Assembly: GCA_002633005.1 (NCBI GenBank)
Contig: NMRA01000186.1
Location: 62,001 to 126,000, forward strand
DNA length: 64,000 nucleotides
Direction: 5' to 3'
Source of the DNA: Phoronis australis
Lineage: Eukaryota > Animalia > Phoronida
How positions within the stretch are numbered: position 1 is the first letter of the stretch; each line of letters opens with the position of its first letter. Under the pieces are notes generated by a model. The model worked only from the letters and a program-made list of their open reading frames with translations, had not been told where the DNA came from and did no database searches. Position numbers and translations under genes: made by a program. Of this stretch, positions 29,101-40,000 are shown one piece after another.

Positions 29101-31838
29101 GAAATTAATATAAATTAATGTTTTTTTCGCTGTTTTGGACAGTAAAGTAGATGCAGGTATTTCTCGTCAAATTAAAACTGACCGGAAACTGCAACAGATA
29201 GGTCAGGAGAGGTCAACTCAGCTCGTAAGAATATGCCGGAGTTGCGAATCTGTTGTCTATAATCTATGGTAGTACTTAATATGTCTAATTGATATTAAAA
29301 TCGGCATTGGTATTATTAAAGAAACTTTTGATCTTTTGTTTGCTGCTCTTGGTCTGTCAAATGCTTTGGAGAAATTATGAGATGCATTGGTAGGAAAGCT
29401 AAACTTTGAAGTGTCTAAGAAGTAGGTCACACCAGTGCAGTGTGCAGTTTTAAACCATATATAAATACCTCCAGCATGACCATGCTCATGGTTAGACACA
29501 AAACAATGTCAATAACTAACATTCAACATTTGCGTCGAGTTTGGAATTTATAATGTGGAGAACACTGACATGATGTCTATAGTCATATTGTTCTGCTTGA
29601 CAAATGAAAAATGAGAACACCCAAGACGAGTGCACGTGCACCAGTTATGTACAACGAGCACTTCATGACTCTGCCTCGGGTGTCGACTAGAACACTTGGT
29701 AGGAGCGCAGTGCATTGATGTCTTTACTGCTGTAGCATCAAGACGCGGACCAAACTTAACTTTAAATTCATGAAAAAACAGCACAAGTTAGAGAAAAATT
29801 ATTGATTTTCATATGGGAAATGATATAGTGTTCACTGCGCTCTGAAAACTCATTCGCCACCTGGCAGACTGGCAAGTGAACTTTTACTTGCCCAGCACCA
29901 TTTTTACTCCCATTGGTGACTGGGTGAGTGGCTTAGTATATCCCTGAAGAGAGCAGAGTTAGTATACCAAACTACTATTTGGTGAGTTGGAACTTGCCAA
30001 ATCAGATACTGTAGTGTAGCGAAATTAATCACCAACAGTTGTATTATAAGAAATTGCGAGTCTTCTTAGCTGAACAAACATTCAAATTTAGGAATTCTTG
30101 GATACATGCAATAAAATTTCAAGATTACGGTACAGAATTTACCATTATTAAGTGAAAACTGGTTCCAGGCAACCATTTCCTATAGGGACCAGTTTACTTG
30201 ACTTTTACCACCATTTCCTATGGGGACCAGTTTACTTGACTTTTACCGTAAGTTTTACATGGCTTAATTTTTTGATTATGACAATTTTCATTTGCAAATG
30301 TCAATAAATGCTCAACTGAAACATGAAAATCACAAAATTAATGCGAAAAAAGTGCACTGTTAAAGATAAATATAAAAATTGTAAAACTAGTAAGGGTGCA
30401 GTTGGCATAGGCAATGACCATCGCCTCTGTTGGCCCGAAGCAGAGGCGATGTAGAGGCTATAGGCGCTCTGTACGCCGGAAGCTTTTCGGCGAATTATGC
30501 CTCGCACCGACTAAACCATCAAAGTCACGTTGTTACAAATACCTTTTGCGCATAGAGGAACACCTTAGGAGGTTGTCGATGTGTTTAATTCCTTCCAACT
30601 CGAACAAATACTCCCGTTATGAAACTTTTTCTTCGAGCAGTCCCTATTTCAGTTCCCAAAATCGTGAACTCAACTTTTTTATACTGCGCACGCTCCAATT
30701 CATGACCTCAATCTTTAAATAGGCCAAAGGTGAGCCATTGCGGTTTTGGCAGTCAAATGTTCGTTTCCAAAATGCCACCACTTATACTTGTCTTTAATTG
30801 GCGTTACTTGAAACTGATTGTATTTCAATGAATCATTGTTTGTATTTGATAAAAACAAATGCTGTTGATATGACATTTAATAGTCTTTTTGCACATATTT
30901 GACATTTTAATGTTTAACAACACGGCAAATGCACGGCTGGTTCCCGGCAGCACGTACGCGAAGGGCGGGAACTTCAGCTTTCAAAGTTCGCCGGTAGGTC
31001 CGCAACTTCTGACCTTCGGCCTGGTTAAAAAAAATGAAAAAGTTGAGTTCACGATTTTGGGAACTGAAAAAGGGACTACTCGAAGAAAAAGTTTCATAAC
31101 GGGAGTATTTGTTCGAGTTGGAAGGAATTAAACACATCGGCAACCTCCTAAGGTGTTCCTCTATGCGCAAAAGGTATTTAGAACAACGTGACTTTGATGG
31201 TTTAGTCGGTGCGAGGCAAAATTCGCCGAAAAGCTTCCGGCGTACAGAGCGCCTATAGCCTCTACATCGCCTCTGCTTCGGGCCAACAGAGGCGATGGTC
31301 ATTGCCTACAGTTGGCACTGCTCCAAAGAATACAACACGACTATTTCAACGAATAAAAGTAAAATTAATCAAAGTTGATGATCAAATCTCAGGACAGACT
31401 ATAAAACAATTTCTCAATATGGGCATTTTCTGAAAACGCCACAGGCTTGAACACGACTTAGCGCACAAAAACCATTTGAGGAATGTGAGAAAGCCGGCCA
31501 TGTGACCGGATCTATTGTCTGCGTTGTGAATGAAGGACCTCGTGTACGAACAGCCATGTTGAATTTTAAACAAAAGCGTGTACACTTTTTGCAACCACAT
31601 TCTATCGCACAAACTGTTCACAAATTCAATTCAGACGCGAAAGTCTTAAACTGAAGTACTTACTGTTGAGTGAATCTATTGCTCTGTCAGCAGTTTCTTG
31701 GTCTGGCACGTCGACGAAAGCGTAGTTGCCTTTGACCTGAATATTGTCAGCTTCGAGCCCGTGTTCTTGAAATAATTGTCCAATATCATCTTCTGTGACA
31801 CGTTCTTGAAGAAGATTTCCGACGAACAAGCGAACCAT
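2012..31838 (-). CDS. IGF2BP: Insulin-like growth factor 2 mRNA-binding protein (IGF2BP/IMP/VICKZ family), complete spliced gene, 14 coding exons, ~592 aa
   Basis: Exons 31664-31838, 23651-23705, 15952-16055, 14518-14713, 11922-12051, 10358-10455, 9916-10032, 9350-9494, 8935-9021, 7849-8019, 7258-7338, 6466-6606, 5406-5516, 2012-2179 join with GT-AG and consistent phase (1779 nt). RRM1 (RLFVGNL...GNYAFVD), RRM2, and four KH domains ([63 protein letters not shown]) are diagnostic of the family. Confidence 0.95.
2235..2610. repeat. Degenerate ~61-bp minisatellite in last IGF2BP intron
   Basis: gatgacaacacttggacac.tggatatcataacaagacggcaacaaacagatataacaacta x3 then shortened units. Confidence 0.85.
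3081..3558 (-). mobile_element. Partial Helentron-associated (HINE/DINE-1-like) element, same family as 59195-59905
   Basis: Colinear similarity to 59400-59900 (gatagaggggtggacg...actcgaaaacagtaaaaa...ggcgcaaa) ending in degenerate ccacatataaatatttgggcgcat hairpin. Confidence 0.6.
3579..3770. repeat. Degenerate tandem repeat
   Basis: caaaatgatttgggg(g)tgtac x4. Confidence 0.7.
3781..4181. mobile_element. MITE, probable PIF/Harbinger type
   Basis: TIRs ggtccggtctccaatctttttactcgaaa / tttcgagtacaaagattagagaccgggcc; TAG on both flanks (3-bp TSD). Confidence 0.7.
4362..4838. repeat. 24-bp minisatellite (~20 copies)
   Basis: cacttacagggatagctwtatcaa tandem array. Confidence 0.97.
5406..5516 (-). 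CDS. IGF2BP: IGF2BP exon 13 (KH4)
   Basis: [37 protein letters not shown]; donor gtaagt. Confidence 0.88.
6466..6606 (-). CDS. IGF2BP: IGF2BP exon 12 (KH4 start)
   Basis: [11 protein letters not shown]...[22 protein letters not shown]; donor gtgagt. Confidence 0.93.
7258..7338 (-). CDS. IGF2BP: IGF2BP exon 11 (KH3 end)
   Basis: [27 protein letters not shown]; donor gtaggt. Confidence 0.88.
7849..8019 (-). CDS. IGF2BP: IGF2BP exon 10 (KH3)
   Basis: GPYGMQ...[34 protein letters not shown]; donor gtaagc. Confidence 0.92.
8935..9021 (-). CDS. IGF2BP: IGF2BP exon 9 (KH2-KH3 low-complexity linker)
   Basis: tttcag|[29 protein letters not shown]|gtgagt, phase 0-0. Confidence 0.85.
9350..9494 (-). 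CDS. IGF2BP: IGF2BP exon 8 (KH2 end)
   Basis: [17 protein letters not shown]...[16 protein letters not shown]; donor gtgagt. Confidence 0.93.
9916..10032 (-). CDS. IGF2BP: IGF2BP exon 7 (KH2)
   Basis: [38 protein letters not shown]. Confidence 0.95.
10358..10455 (-). CDS. IGF2BP: IGF2BP exon 6 (KH1 end)
   Basis: [32 protein letters not shown]; donor gtgagt. Confidence 0.9.
10747..11240. mobile_element. Non-autonomous TIR element, CAG termini, 6-bp TSD
   Basis: cagggcttggaat ... attccaagccttg; AATTAC at 10741-10746 and 11241-11246; subterminal gcggaaa repeats. Confidence 0.8.
11922..12051 (-). CDS. IGF2BP: IGF2BP exon 5 (KH1)
   Basis: [43 protein letters not shown]. Confidence 0.95.
13468..14288. 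mobile_element. Older non-autonomous TIR element, CAG termini, probable 6-bp TSD
   Basis: cagacctcgacatt ... aatgtcaagccctg; flanks acacag / acacat; subterminal ttgtcc repeats at both ends. Confidence 0.6.
14518..14713 (-). CDS. IGF2BP: IGF2BP exon 4 (RRM2 end, linker)
   Basis: [24 protein letters not shown]...REEFPLR; donor gttagt. Confidence 0.9.
15952..16055 (-). CDS. IGF2BP: IGF2BP exon 3 (RRM2)
   Basis: [34 protein letters not shown]; AG/GT flanks, phases match. Confidence 0.9.
17542..18768. mobile_element. Non-autonomous Tc1/mariner-superfamily (Tc2/pogo-like) element
   Basis: TA|ccgtatttgccctaataagcgccc ... gggcatattagggcgtatacgg|TA; TA TSD, repeated taagcgccc subterminal motif. Confidence 0.8.
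19444..22091 (-). mobile_element. Composite Helentron-associated (HINE-like) element(s) with long internal repeats and GAT/GAC microsatellite
   Basis: Terminal hairpins tacttggcg...cgccaagta at 22006-22033 and 22058-22090; other end has subTIR acttggcggaatt (19483), stem-loop cgctc-ggag-gagcg (19467-19480) and ctag; highly similar in inverted orientation to 61723-64000. Confidence 0.7.
22932..23335. repeat. 58-bp minisatellite x7
   Basis: aagtagtaaaaaccccaggtaatagccaattcataggatatcacagcagcctttcagt, near-perfect. Confidence 0.97.
23651..23705 (-). CDS. IGF2BP: IGF2BP exon 2 (end of RRM1)
   Basis: ttttcag|(R)[17 protein letters not shown]|gtaatt; not in the ORF track. Confidence 0.9.
25109..27054. 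mobile_element. Nested non-autonomous TIR element, 5-bp TSD (hAT5-like)
   Basis: cagggctcgac ... gttgagccctg; GTCAC at 25104-25108 and 27055-27059; arrays of gcgacctg/gcgagctg at both ends. Confidence 0.8.
28019..29567. mobile_element. Nested non-autonomous TIR element, 5-bp TSD (hAT5-like)
   Basis: Perfect 14-bp TIR cagtgttctccaca / tgtggagaacactg; ACATG at 28014-28018 and 29568-29572; gcgtcgagttt subterminal repeats. Confidence 0.82.
30408..31308. mobile_element. Mutator-like (MULE) foldback MITE, ~270-bp TIRs, 9-bp TSD
   Basis: taggcaatgaccatcgcctc... / ...gaggcgatggtcattgccta nearly identical inverted arms; CAGTTGGCA at 30399-30407 and 31309-31317. Confidence 0.9.
31664..31838 (-). CDS. 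IGF2BP: IGF2BP coding exon 1 (RRM1)
   Basis: acagccATGG Kozak start; [10 protein letters not shown]...[20 protein letters not shown]; donor gtaagt. Confidence 0.95.
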
Positions 31839-34195
31839 GGCTGTTAACTGATTTTGAATATGCGATACCAAAAGAAAACCAAATGCCTATGTTGAAATGT
31901 AGGTTGAAAAAGGAAGCGCTGAGACGAAATCAAGCGCACTATGTAGCTGCGGTTGTGTGTGTGGTATCAAATGTCCTGTATTCATACATTAGGGGGAATG
32001 TATAGAAATCGGGAGTGTAGTTTTGTTTTAGCTTTCTCAGGTGCTGCATCGAGATGTAAAACATATCAGATTTTAGTCTGGGTTAGTGAAAACGCTTAAG
32101 TATATGTCACAATTTGCGATAAATTGTCTTTGTACTCATTAAACTGCAATTACAGCTAACCAGTCAGACACTACTCCCCTCCATGTCAATAATGGACCGT
32201 CCTTAATGGACAATGCATAACCTCGTGTGCTTGCAGTCTGACATGGACATGGACAAAGCAAGGCTGGACAAGGGTGCAGAATTGGTCATTTTTAGTTCAG
32301 AAGGTCCTATCCACAATATATTGAAAGGACCACCAATATTTCTATGCCTTAGTCAATGTAAGCTAACGTTGCATAGTAGGCTTATTTGTGAGAAAGACCG
32401 TAGGCTAGGAATTTGTACTTGTAGGCAAAATGTCCACTGCAATCCTGTCAACCGTAATCCGTGGGAGGTCTGGGTGAGATCCGCGTGAGAATGTGTCAAA
32501 GATCGATATGTTACGAGTTTTACTCTGAAAAAGTCGATTCAGATCCACTGGCTGCCAACAAGCGCAGGGGGACCGTGCCGCCAGAATTTGCAGCCGTGCA
32601 CGGACGGACCTATGGCTATGGTCTCCATCTTCCTCTCATGTAGCCTACTTATTTGGTGTATGAGGGACATGATTATAACTGAAAAGACGGGGATGGCTCG
32701 CCCTGTTAACAGGAGAGACGAAGTCCTAAGTCGGAACACATTACTTTGACAGGGCCCTCGATGCCGGCCCCTTTTAAATGTTTAGTAGGCACGAATCACG
32801 TGAAGAATTGCCATAAGATCACTAGGCCATTGAAAAACTCACTTCACTCATAGAACCTGAATTCCAGGCCTTCAAGGTCACGTAATGATGGTTAAGACTC
32901 ACTTCTGCATAACGTTATCCATATATGGGGGGTCCAGGTATGCACCAACTTGGCACCGTGACCTCAGATGAGTGAGGTACCCGTCACGTGTATGGCTAAA
33001 CCCCATAGGTGCAAGGGACTGAGGGAAATCTAAAATGTGTGAAAGTTGGGGGTCATGTGGGGTATCTACTCTAAACATGGACGGCGCACCATATTAGGAA
33101 ACTGGGGAGAGTGTAAAGCGCCCATTTGTTTCAGTGCTGTGCCTCCCTTAACTATGATGATGCCGGGGCGGCGCCGGCGCACCATAGGAGGTTGGGGGCC
33201 ATGGCTGCGCGGCCCATGGTAATTGCCTTACTTATCATACCGGCCTCATAGGCGGATTTATGGGGGGCCCGTCCGGTAGCGGATGGGTGGAGGGCGCGCT
33301 CAGAATCGTGTTTCTGTTTTTTTTTAGTTTTGCTGAACGGAAGGTACGTATATCTTGACCCCCACAACTTTCTGGCCCCTGCGCACATGCAGTCGCACTA
33401 ATTGCCCAAATTCACCCGACTNGCCACTGGGCTTGGCTTTCGGTTGCATCGCGGCACGTTTTTTCAGAGACCATATCTACATCATGCATGCACTCACCGC
33501 CGCTCAGTGTAATGTCGATCCCCCATGTGGTTCAGTGGCGCAAGGTTTCAATTCTGTCAGTACTGGCTAACCTGCCAAAACTCCAACGTTATTGACTCAC
33601 ACTGTATGTTCACAGTCGTCACTATTTCAGTACAGCAACTCTAAACCCGTGTTCAGTCAAAAAAAGAAATACAAAATTGGTCTCGACTTCGTCACTAAGA
33701 AAAGAATTACGGCGGTAGACTGATTTTGGGCTTAGAAAGAATTCGGTCATTGAGACCACGTGGCTCAACTCCGTGGTCGAATCACGACGAGCAACTGATT
33801 GGACTTTGAATGCCCACACTCGAACTTCAACTGACGAAGGAAGAAATCAGCTGCCAAACCGCAAAACTCTTACCACGAACAAAAATCATTAGGCCTATTC
33901 AGTACTACAGAGCCAAGTCAATTTGTAGACCCTAATCTCATGAATAACGAACTGACAGTTCCTTCGAAATTCTTAAATTATTTCCAAGGGACAATCATCC
34001 AGGTCAATTTCAAAATGTTAAGTGGACCAGAACTGTTTGTGCAGATGTGGATGGCAGGTTTAGAGTCGATCTAATCAAAGTTTTTTTGGCGGAACATGGC
34101 CGTTAACTGTGGCATCAACTATAGGCACACGTAAAAGTAGGAAAACACAGTACATGGATTGAAAAACCACGGAGACGTTCAGTGCAAACAGGTTA

Positions 34196-34201
34196 TTTAT
34201 T
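34196..34201 (-). promoter_or_regulatory. Candidate UBR3 polyadenylation signal
   Basis: AATAAA on minus strand followed by GT/T-rich sequence (tgtttgc...gtggttttt...tgtgtttt); would give a ~2.7 kb 3'UTR; other AATAAA hexamers exist nearer the stop. Confidence 0.3.
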
Positions 34202-36918
34202 TACAAGATGGGACCCGTGTTACAATAACGCGAAAGTTACAACCGATATAAACCATGCAATTAAAAACGCCAATATATTTCACAGGCGCATTTGCTCTAC
34301 CTCATCGCGTTCTTATTTACGTGTTTGAATTGAAATTGGTTACATACATCGCTTTGCACTCTGTTGATGTCGATTGAAACTAACCCCAGCTGAGTGACAT
34401 GCAACTTTATGGTCTTCAGTGCGGGCCTGAACAAGAACTAACAATTCCTGGAACGTTTTATAAACTGAGGAACTAGACGAGTACAGGGTAAGTTCATGTT
34501 GGGTAGGCATATAAGACAATGAGAGTTCAGTGCGTTCACCCTTCAATTGCTGACAAAAGACGAGATCTTTACAATGGCTAAATGAAAAACGGACACAACT
34601 CAAACCTCGACAGACTACAATATTCAACATTTTGCACGTTCCTACAGGCACCTAGAAAAATGAGGAGCCGTTTCACTAGAGGCTGCACGACTGGACTTGG
34701 ATTTAAAAGAGAAGGTGAGGAAGTTAGCCATAATTGGGGTAAGCAGCTTTCTTTGTTGAGCCCATGACTGACCCTGCATCCCCATATGAACTGAATTGAA
34801 ATCAAGTTTAAAACCAAAGCAATGAAAGGTATAATTTATGTTTTGACTGGGAAACCGGCATAGGGTGTCAGACCGAAACATTAGTGACCACTCTAAGCTG
34901 TGTGGAAGGTCGAAAATTGTTATTTGACCCTGGAATGACCTTTGTCTCATATTCCTTATTCCCCAATACCACTTTTCATGGTCATGAGGTTATTTTTTTT
35001 TAGATTTATAACTCTGTGGGGGGTCTGACACCCAGCGCCCCCTATTCTACTGATGGTAAGTTCAGAACTAAAAGCCCATGGCATAAAGTTGATCAGATCT
35101 GTTTAACATTAAAATAAACAAACAATAAACTGCCAATTGTTCTAAATTTACAAATGAAATAGCAATATTGGCAGTTACAGTTCAGAGCCCAAAAATGTGT
35201 CAATGCACATTAGACAAAGAGGACATACCGGTTGAGGTGTTACCTTGCAAAACTAAAAAGTTATTGTCAAGTACTTTTGGATTGGGCTGACACTTTGTTT
35301 AAGTGATCAGACAATGAGTATTATGCCAGTGACTCTAGTTTAGAATAACTACTTTTCACTTTACAATAGTCATTGAAGCCCACTGGTATTCTACCATCCA
35401 TTGCACATCTGGAATGAAAACCCACTGTTAACTTCAGTTGGTAACACAGACTGATTTATTGAAAGTTATTAGCTGACCTCACTCAAACTATTGTATATAA
35501 CATTTGAAAACGAATGCAGCATTAGAGACGTTCAGCTAAATATAAGTTACAATGCAGAAAAAATATTGATATGCCGTGATGTGAACAGTTGTTGGAGGCC
35601 ACGTGACACATAACAGTTGAGAGAAAGCCTCACCAGAACTCTATTAGCCATTAAGACTTCTGAAAAGACTCTCCCCACCTCATAAATAGGGCAAGACTGG
35701 AAATATCTGTTTATGTCATATCCAGAATTGTTTTCGACATCAAAACGGATAACTGAAGGCATTTATAATCACTACATTTTGTTCAGGCAGACGTACCTCT
35801 TTGTAACACAGGTTATTTTTTCTCAAGGAAAACGGGTAATTGCCATTGAAACAAAAGCACACAAAACAATGTGGGTCATATTGCACACTAAAGCACTCCG
35901 TACTCATTTACCATGCATCATTTAATAACATCATTACACTCTCTTTAAGTCTTCACAGTGAAGGTTATGTAGGACCTTATCAACAAGTCTGTATATTTAG
36001 CCAAATATCTAGAAAACTATAGAATTTAGTAAAAGTATGTATTTTCTTAAAGTAGACAACCTGTAGAATTCAATTGCTTTTGACTTTTTACCAATCTGTT
36101 ATCAATTGGGTAAATAAAGACCATGCTTTTTTAGTAAAATTTTGCGAAAAGGGTACGTTGATAGCAAAACAAAGGTATCAATAACAGGATCAAATTTTAT
36201 TTGCCACAGATGTTCAATGTGATATAGAAAATGCTGTAACAGTTTTCATTTTCATTTTATGTAACTTTAATAAAAGATTTTTCATGAAAATCATAAATTT
36301 AAAGTCCTATTTTGATCACCCCTCGTGAAAAAATGGTGCATTCCTAACAGTACTTTTGACAACAATGAATAAAGCATATTATTTGAATTTTTCATATGAA
36401 TCTGATACGTCATTTCTGAGACATGATGCAGCAGCTTCTGAAATCAGCCAAATTTGGTAAATTTCATAGGGTCTTACATAAGCTTAACTATCACTATACT
36501 GCTACTGAAAACACTATGTAACTGATAGTAAGTAACTGGATGACCAGGGGAAAATGGTTATAATAACATGACATTGTCTCTGAAAATTAATCTATCAGAA
36601 GACATTACAAAGACCAAGTGCGCATAGTGACTTCTGATTAGAGACTGGATGACAATTCTTTTCAAAGCATTCATAATTATAGAGTCTGCTTTCGAGACTA
36701 AGAACAAAATATGGCCTGTTTCAGCAACTTTCACATCAACAAGGGTGCCTGACTTCTAGAAAAGTGCTGGTAAATGTCTTGGTGCTAGCGAATAGTCCTA
36801 TTTCGTAAAGCTAGTCCCAACATAAATTTATTTTTTAAAAATTTTTTGTACTATGTAAGTCAGTTTTGAACTGATAAGCGAATACCAAAAACAAATAATC
36901 AATAATTGGATGAGGTGT

Positions 36919-37036
36919 CTACAATCCATCTTTGTGCAGAACCCAGCGTTTGCAACAATGTAGGAAGTTGTGGTTCATCCACTGACGCTCCAATAACTTG
37001 AATCTGTCTTCGCTCAAATATAAGGGACGTCCTCTC
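36919..37036 (-). CDS. UBR3: UBR3 last coding exon with stop
   Basis: [38 protein letters not shown]; duplicate in-frame acceptor 48 nt upstream (exon could start at 37084). Confidence 0.93.
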
Positions 37037-40000
37037 CTAAGACAATAAGACAGATACATGGATAAATACAAGGGACGTCCTCTCCTACAAACACAATAAG
37101 ACCAATACACGGATGACGAGTACAGTTTCAACCTCTCCTGACAACAGAGTCAAAGCTACATTTCACCGAACCTGAAGCCTGAAGAGCTATACGGTCCTCT
37201 CACAACCAAGAATAGTTGGATAATGTAAGCCCTTGAGTGCCTCGGTCTCACTCCACAACCCTCCCTCCCTCCCTTTCATTACAAAATCAACTCTATCAAA
37301 CTCTGTCCTGGTCATCCCAAGCCCGTCCTCCACTTTCCGTTTTGCTTCCTTAATTTTGCTGCCTTTGTTGCCCAACAAATCGTATAAATCGCCAACTAAC
37401 TTCGCTTATTTCCAGAAAGTTTACAATTACAGACAACTCATACCCTCCTAGGCTTTCAGCCCTGATACTAGAAACAGTTTGGGGACACGTGGGCTTTGTG
37501 TTCTATGCTCTTTTATATTTCACAGACATTAAAACAATCATGTCAAAGAAAAACAAGGACATACTTGAGGTCACGGTCCTCTTCGCCGTACTCATCTAGG
37601 TACAGAGATCCCCACAAGGTGGCGCGACGTCCTTGGATGATCACTACGTAGCTGGAGTTGACGACCAGAAAGACACAGCTACCAGAGGCGCACTCTATTG
37701 CATGCTTCAAAATGAAATGACAACGTAAACATAGGACTTCATATCCCAACATTAATGTACTCATCTGCCCAGTCTGGATTCAAACCCGTTTCGTAATTCA
37801 CATTTAAATGCAACCCAAATGCCTGGTTACATGGCAACCAAAGATTAATAAAATAGGGACGTTTAGTTTATTAAAGCACCATATCTATTTGATCACTCAT
37901 TTCATTTCCTTAAATGCCTGAAAATCATAAGCCACACATTGTCTGCATTCTGACAATGAAATGATGTTATATAATTATATAAATGCATAATAGACAGCCT
38001 AAGTGAATGGAACCCAATTTTTGACACTCACTGCTTTTTAATGCCCAATCTCAACTCAACGATTGTTGAGTTTTTCAACGTAAATACCTCGGCCACTAAC
38101 AGAGAAGGGTACGTAATACAAACATAACTACGTAGATAGGAAACTGTTTCTAGTCATTTTTGTCAGCCAGCTGAAGTACAATCATTTGTTAAAAATTTAA
38201 CCCATTCCAAAATTCGCATTATGATAAGACAACATTGTGTTCTCATCTGATCTGATGATCCATCACTGGCTTGCGCAAGTTCTCAACATAAAACAACACA
38301 GAGAAAGCTCATAGTTAAAAACAGGTTAGCATTTTTTCATAGTACGAAGGTATCTGGAAGAGTCTATTCATTTGGCTTTTGTCTTGTCATCCAAATGTCA
38401 GATATCTGACTACGGATAGCCACATACTGATTTTTTGGTCTTTGCGTTTCTCTTAACATTTCGTCTTCTGTCTAGTTGAGTATACCATGTATTACTGTGT
38501 TTTGACTTTGAGATGTAGACAGATTTGTTGCCTAAGGCTGATTTTCATGAAACTAGCAAGCGATCCATAGACTGATATTTAGTCAAAACACAAAACCTTT
38601 TGAGAAGCAGGACCTGATCTTGAGAGAATAGGTACAGAACTTAAAAGTACAATGAAAACAATATAATTACGTAATACAATTGCATCTTCTTATTTTATAC
38701 AAAACATGGCTGATACAGGCACTACACCATTAAGAAAGTCAAAAATACAAATAAATATTCGCTGAAGAAAGTTGGCAATCACCAGGACCTATTATATGAT
38801 ATAGCCCCTAACTTGATCGAAATTCAGGCAGATTGGCATGCAAACGCACCGAGACACGAGATTCAATGGTAGTGACAGACATAACTTTGATTAAATTGTT
38901 CAAATTAGTGCGTCACAGCACTAAAACTTAGCTCAAATGTGACCCAACTCGACCCAAACACTTAAAATTTTATCGTTTTAAATTTACACCTAGACCTTAT
39001 ACCTCAATACTTAAGTGCACGAACAAAACCCCTACCTGCACAGTTTCCATAGTATCCAGTTGCTTACAACAGCTGCCACGGAAACAAATAAATGTTCCAC
39101 ACAGCAGACAGAGGGCGGGCTCTTTGGGGGTGGAGTTACAAGACTTGCACTTGTAAGTGCGATAATACCGGAAAATTTCATCATACATGCGGGGCAGCTG
39201 AAGAAATCGTGGTGGATACCAGGCTGGCTTGCATAACAAGAGGTCCTGCACAAAAACAACAAGACATACCTTAAGATAGCTGGCTGAAGTAAATGGTGTC
39301 AATAGCAATTGACCTTTCGCCAGAAGTTTGAGGGACGGCTTAACTGACCAATCACAACACAGCATTCTTGATACGCCTTCATTTCCAAGTCGCCATTTTA
39401 CCTGACAAACAACTCGTTGCCGGATAAAACTTATTGTTTGTTTGTCGACATTTCACAAGGGGGCAGAGCTTGTGATAGGTCAATTGGCAAGACAGTTGAA
39501 TGTTATGTGTACACCTACGGATTCAAGTAGTAACACAACTTGCATTCTGTCAAAGAAACCTCTGATTGAGACCACTTACTGTTATGAAATTGATCTCGAC
39601 TTACTTCAAACTCAGATGAGGTATCAGTTCTGGACTTGGCAAATTCAACAGTTCATTCCTGACATTGTGATGATTGCTTAAACTGAGACACAAAATTTTA
39701 TTTTAGAGTCTAGTCCCAAGCAATGATGAACTGACAGTTCTCTTCAAGCCATGGAATCACTCTTAATTTGACTGAGGAACAATTTGAGACCAATTTCGTA
39801 ATGGTAAGTGGTTTAAATCAAAAACAAATTTTTGTAATGGATGGCAAGTTTACAGTCGTTTTAAAGGGACCTGGGTTTGGCCAATTTATCAGATATCAAA
39901 AACGACATTTCCATCCAATTCCTTGAAACAAAATCATGCTCTATAACCCTCGACAACCCTCAACAGCATGGGGGAAAACTTGAAAACTACTTTCGAAGTC

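Larger units (their letters stand above)
25059..29946. mobile_element. Outer CAG-terminated TIR element hosting two nested elements
   Basis: cagggata ... tatccctg; flanks atgaga / aagaga (6-bp, 1 mismatch); actcgcc/acttgcc subterminal motifs at both ends; two assembly Ns inside. Confidence 0.55.

Noticed and set aside
30414-31302. Two near-identical convergent ORFs [13 protein letters not shown]...
   Set aside because: Translations of the two TIR arms of the MULE MITE; no protein features.
32860-33430. GC-rich block upstream of IGF2BP as promoter island or separate gene
   Set aside because: Looks like repeat fragments beside an assembly N; no matching termini, splice-consistent ORF or defined motif.
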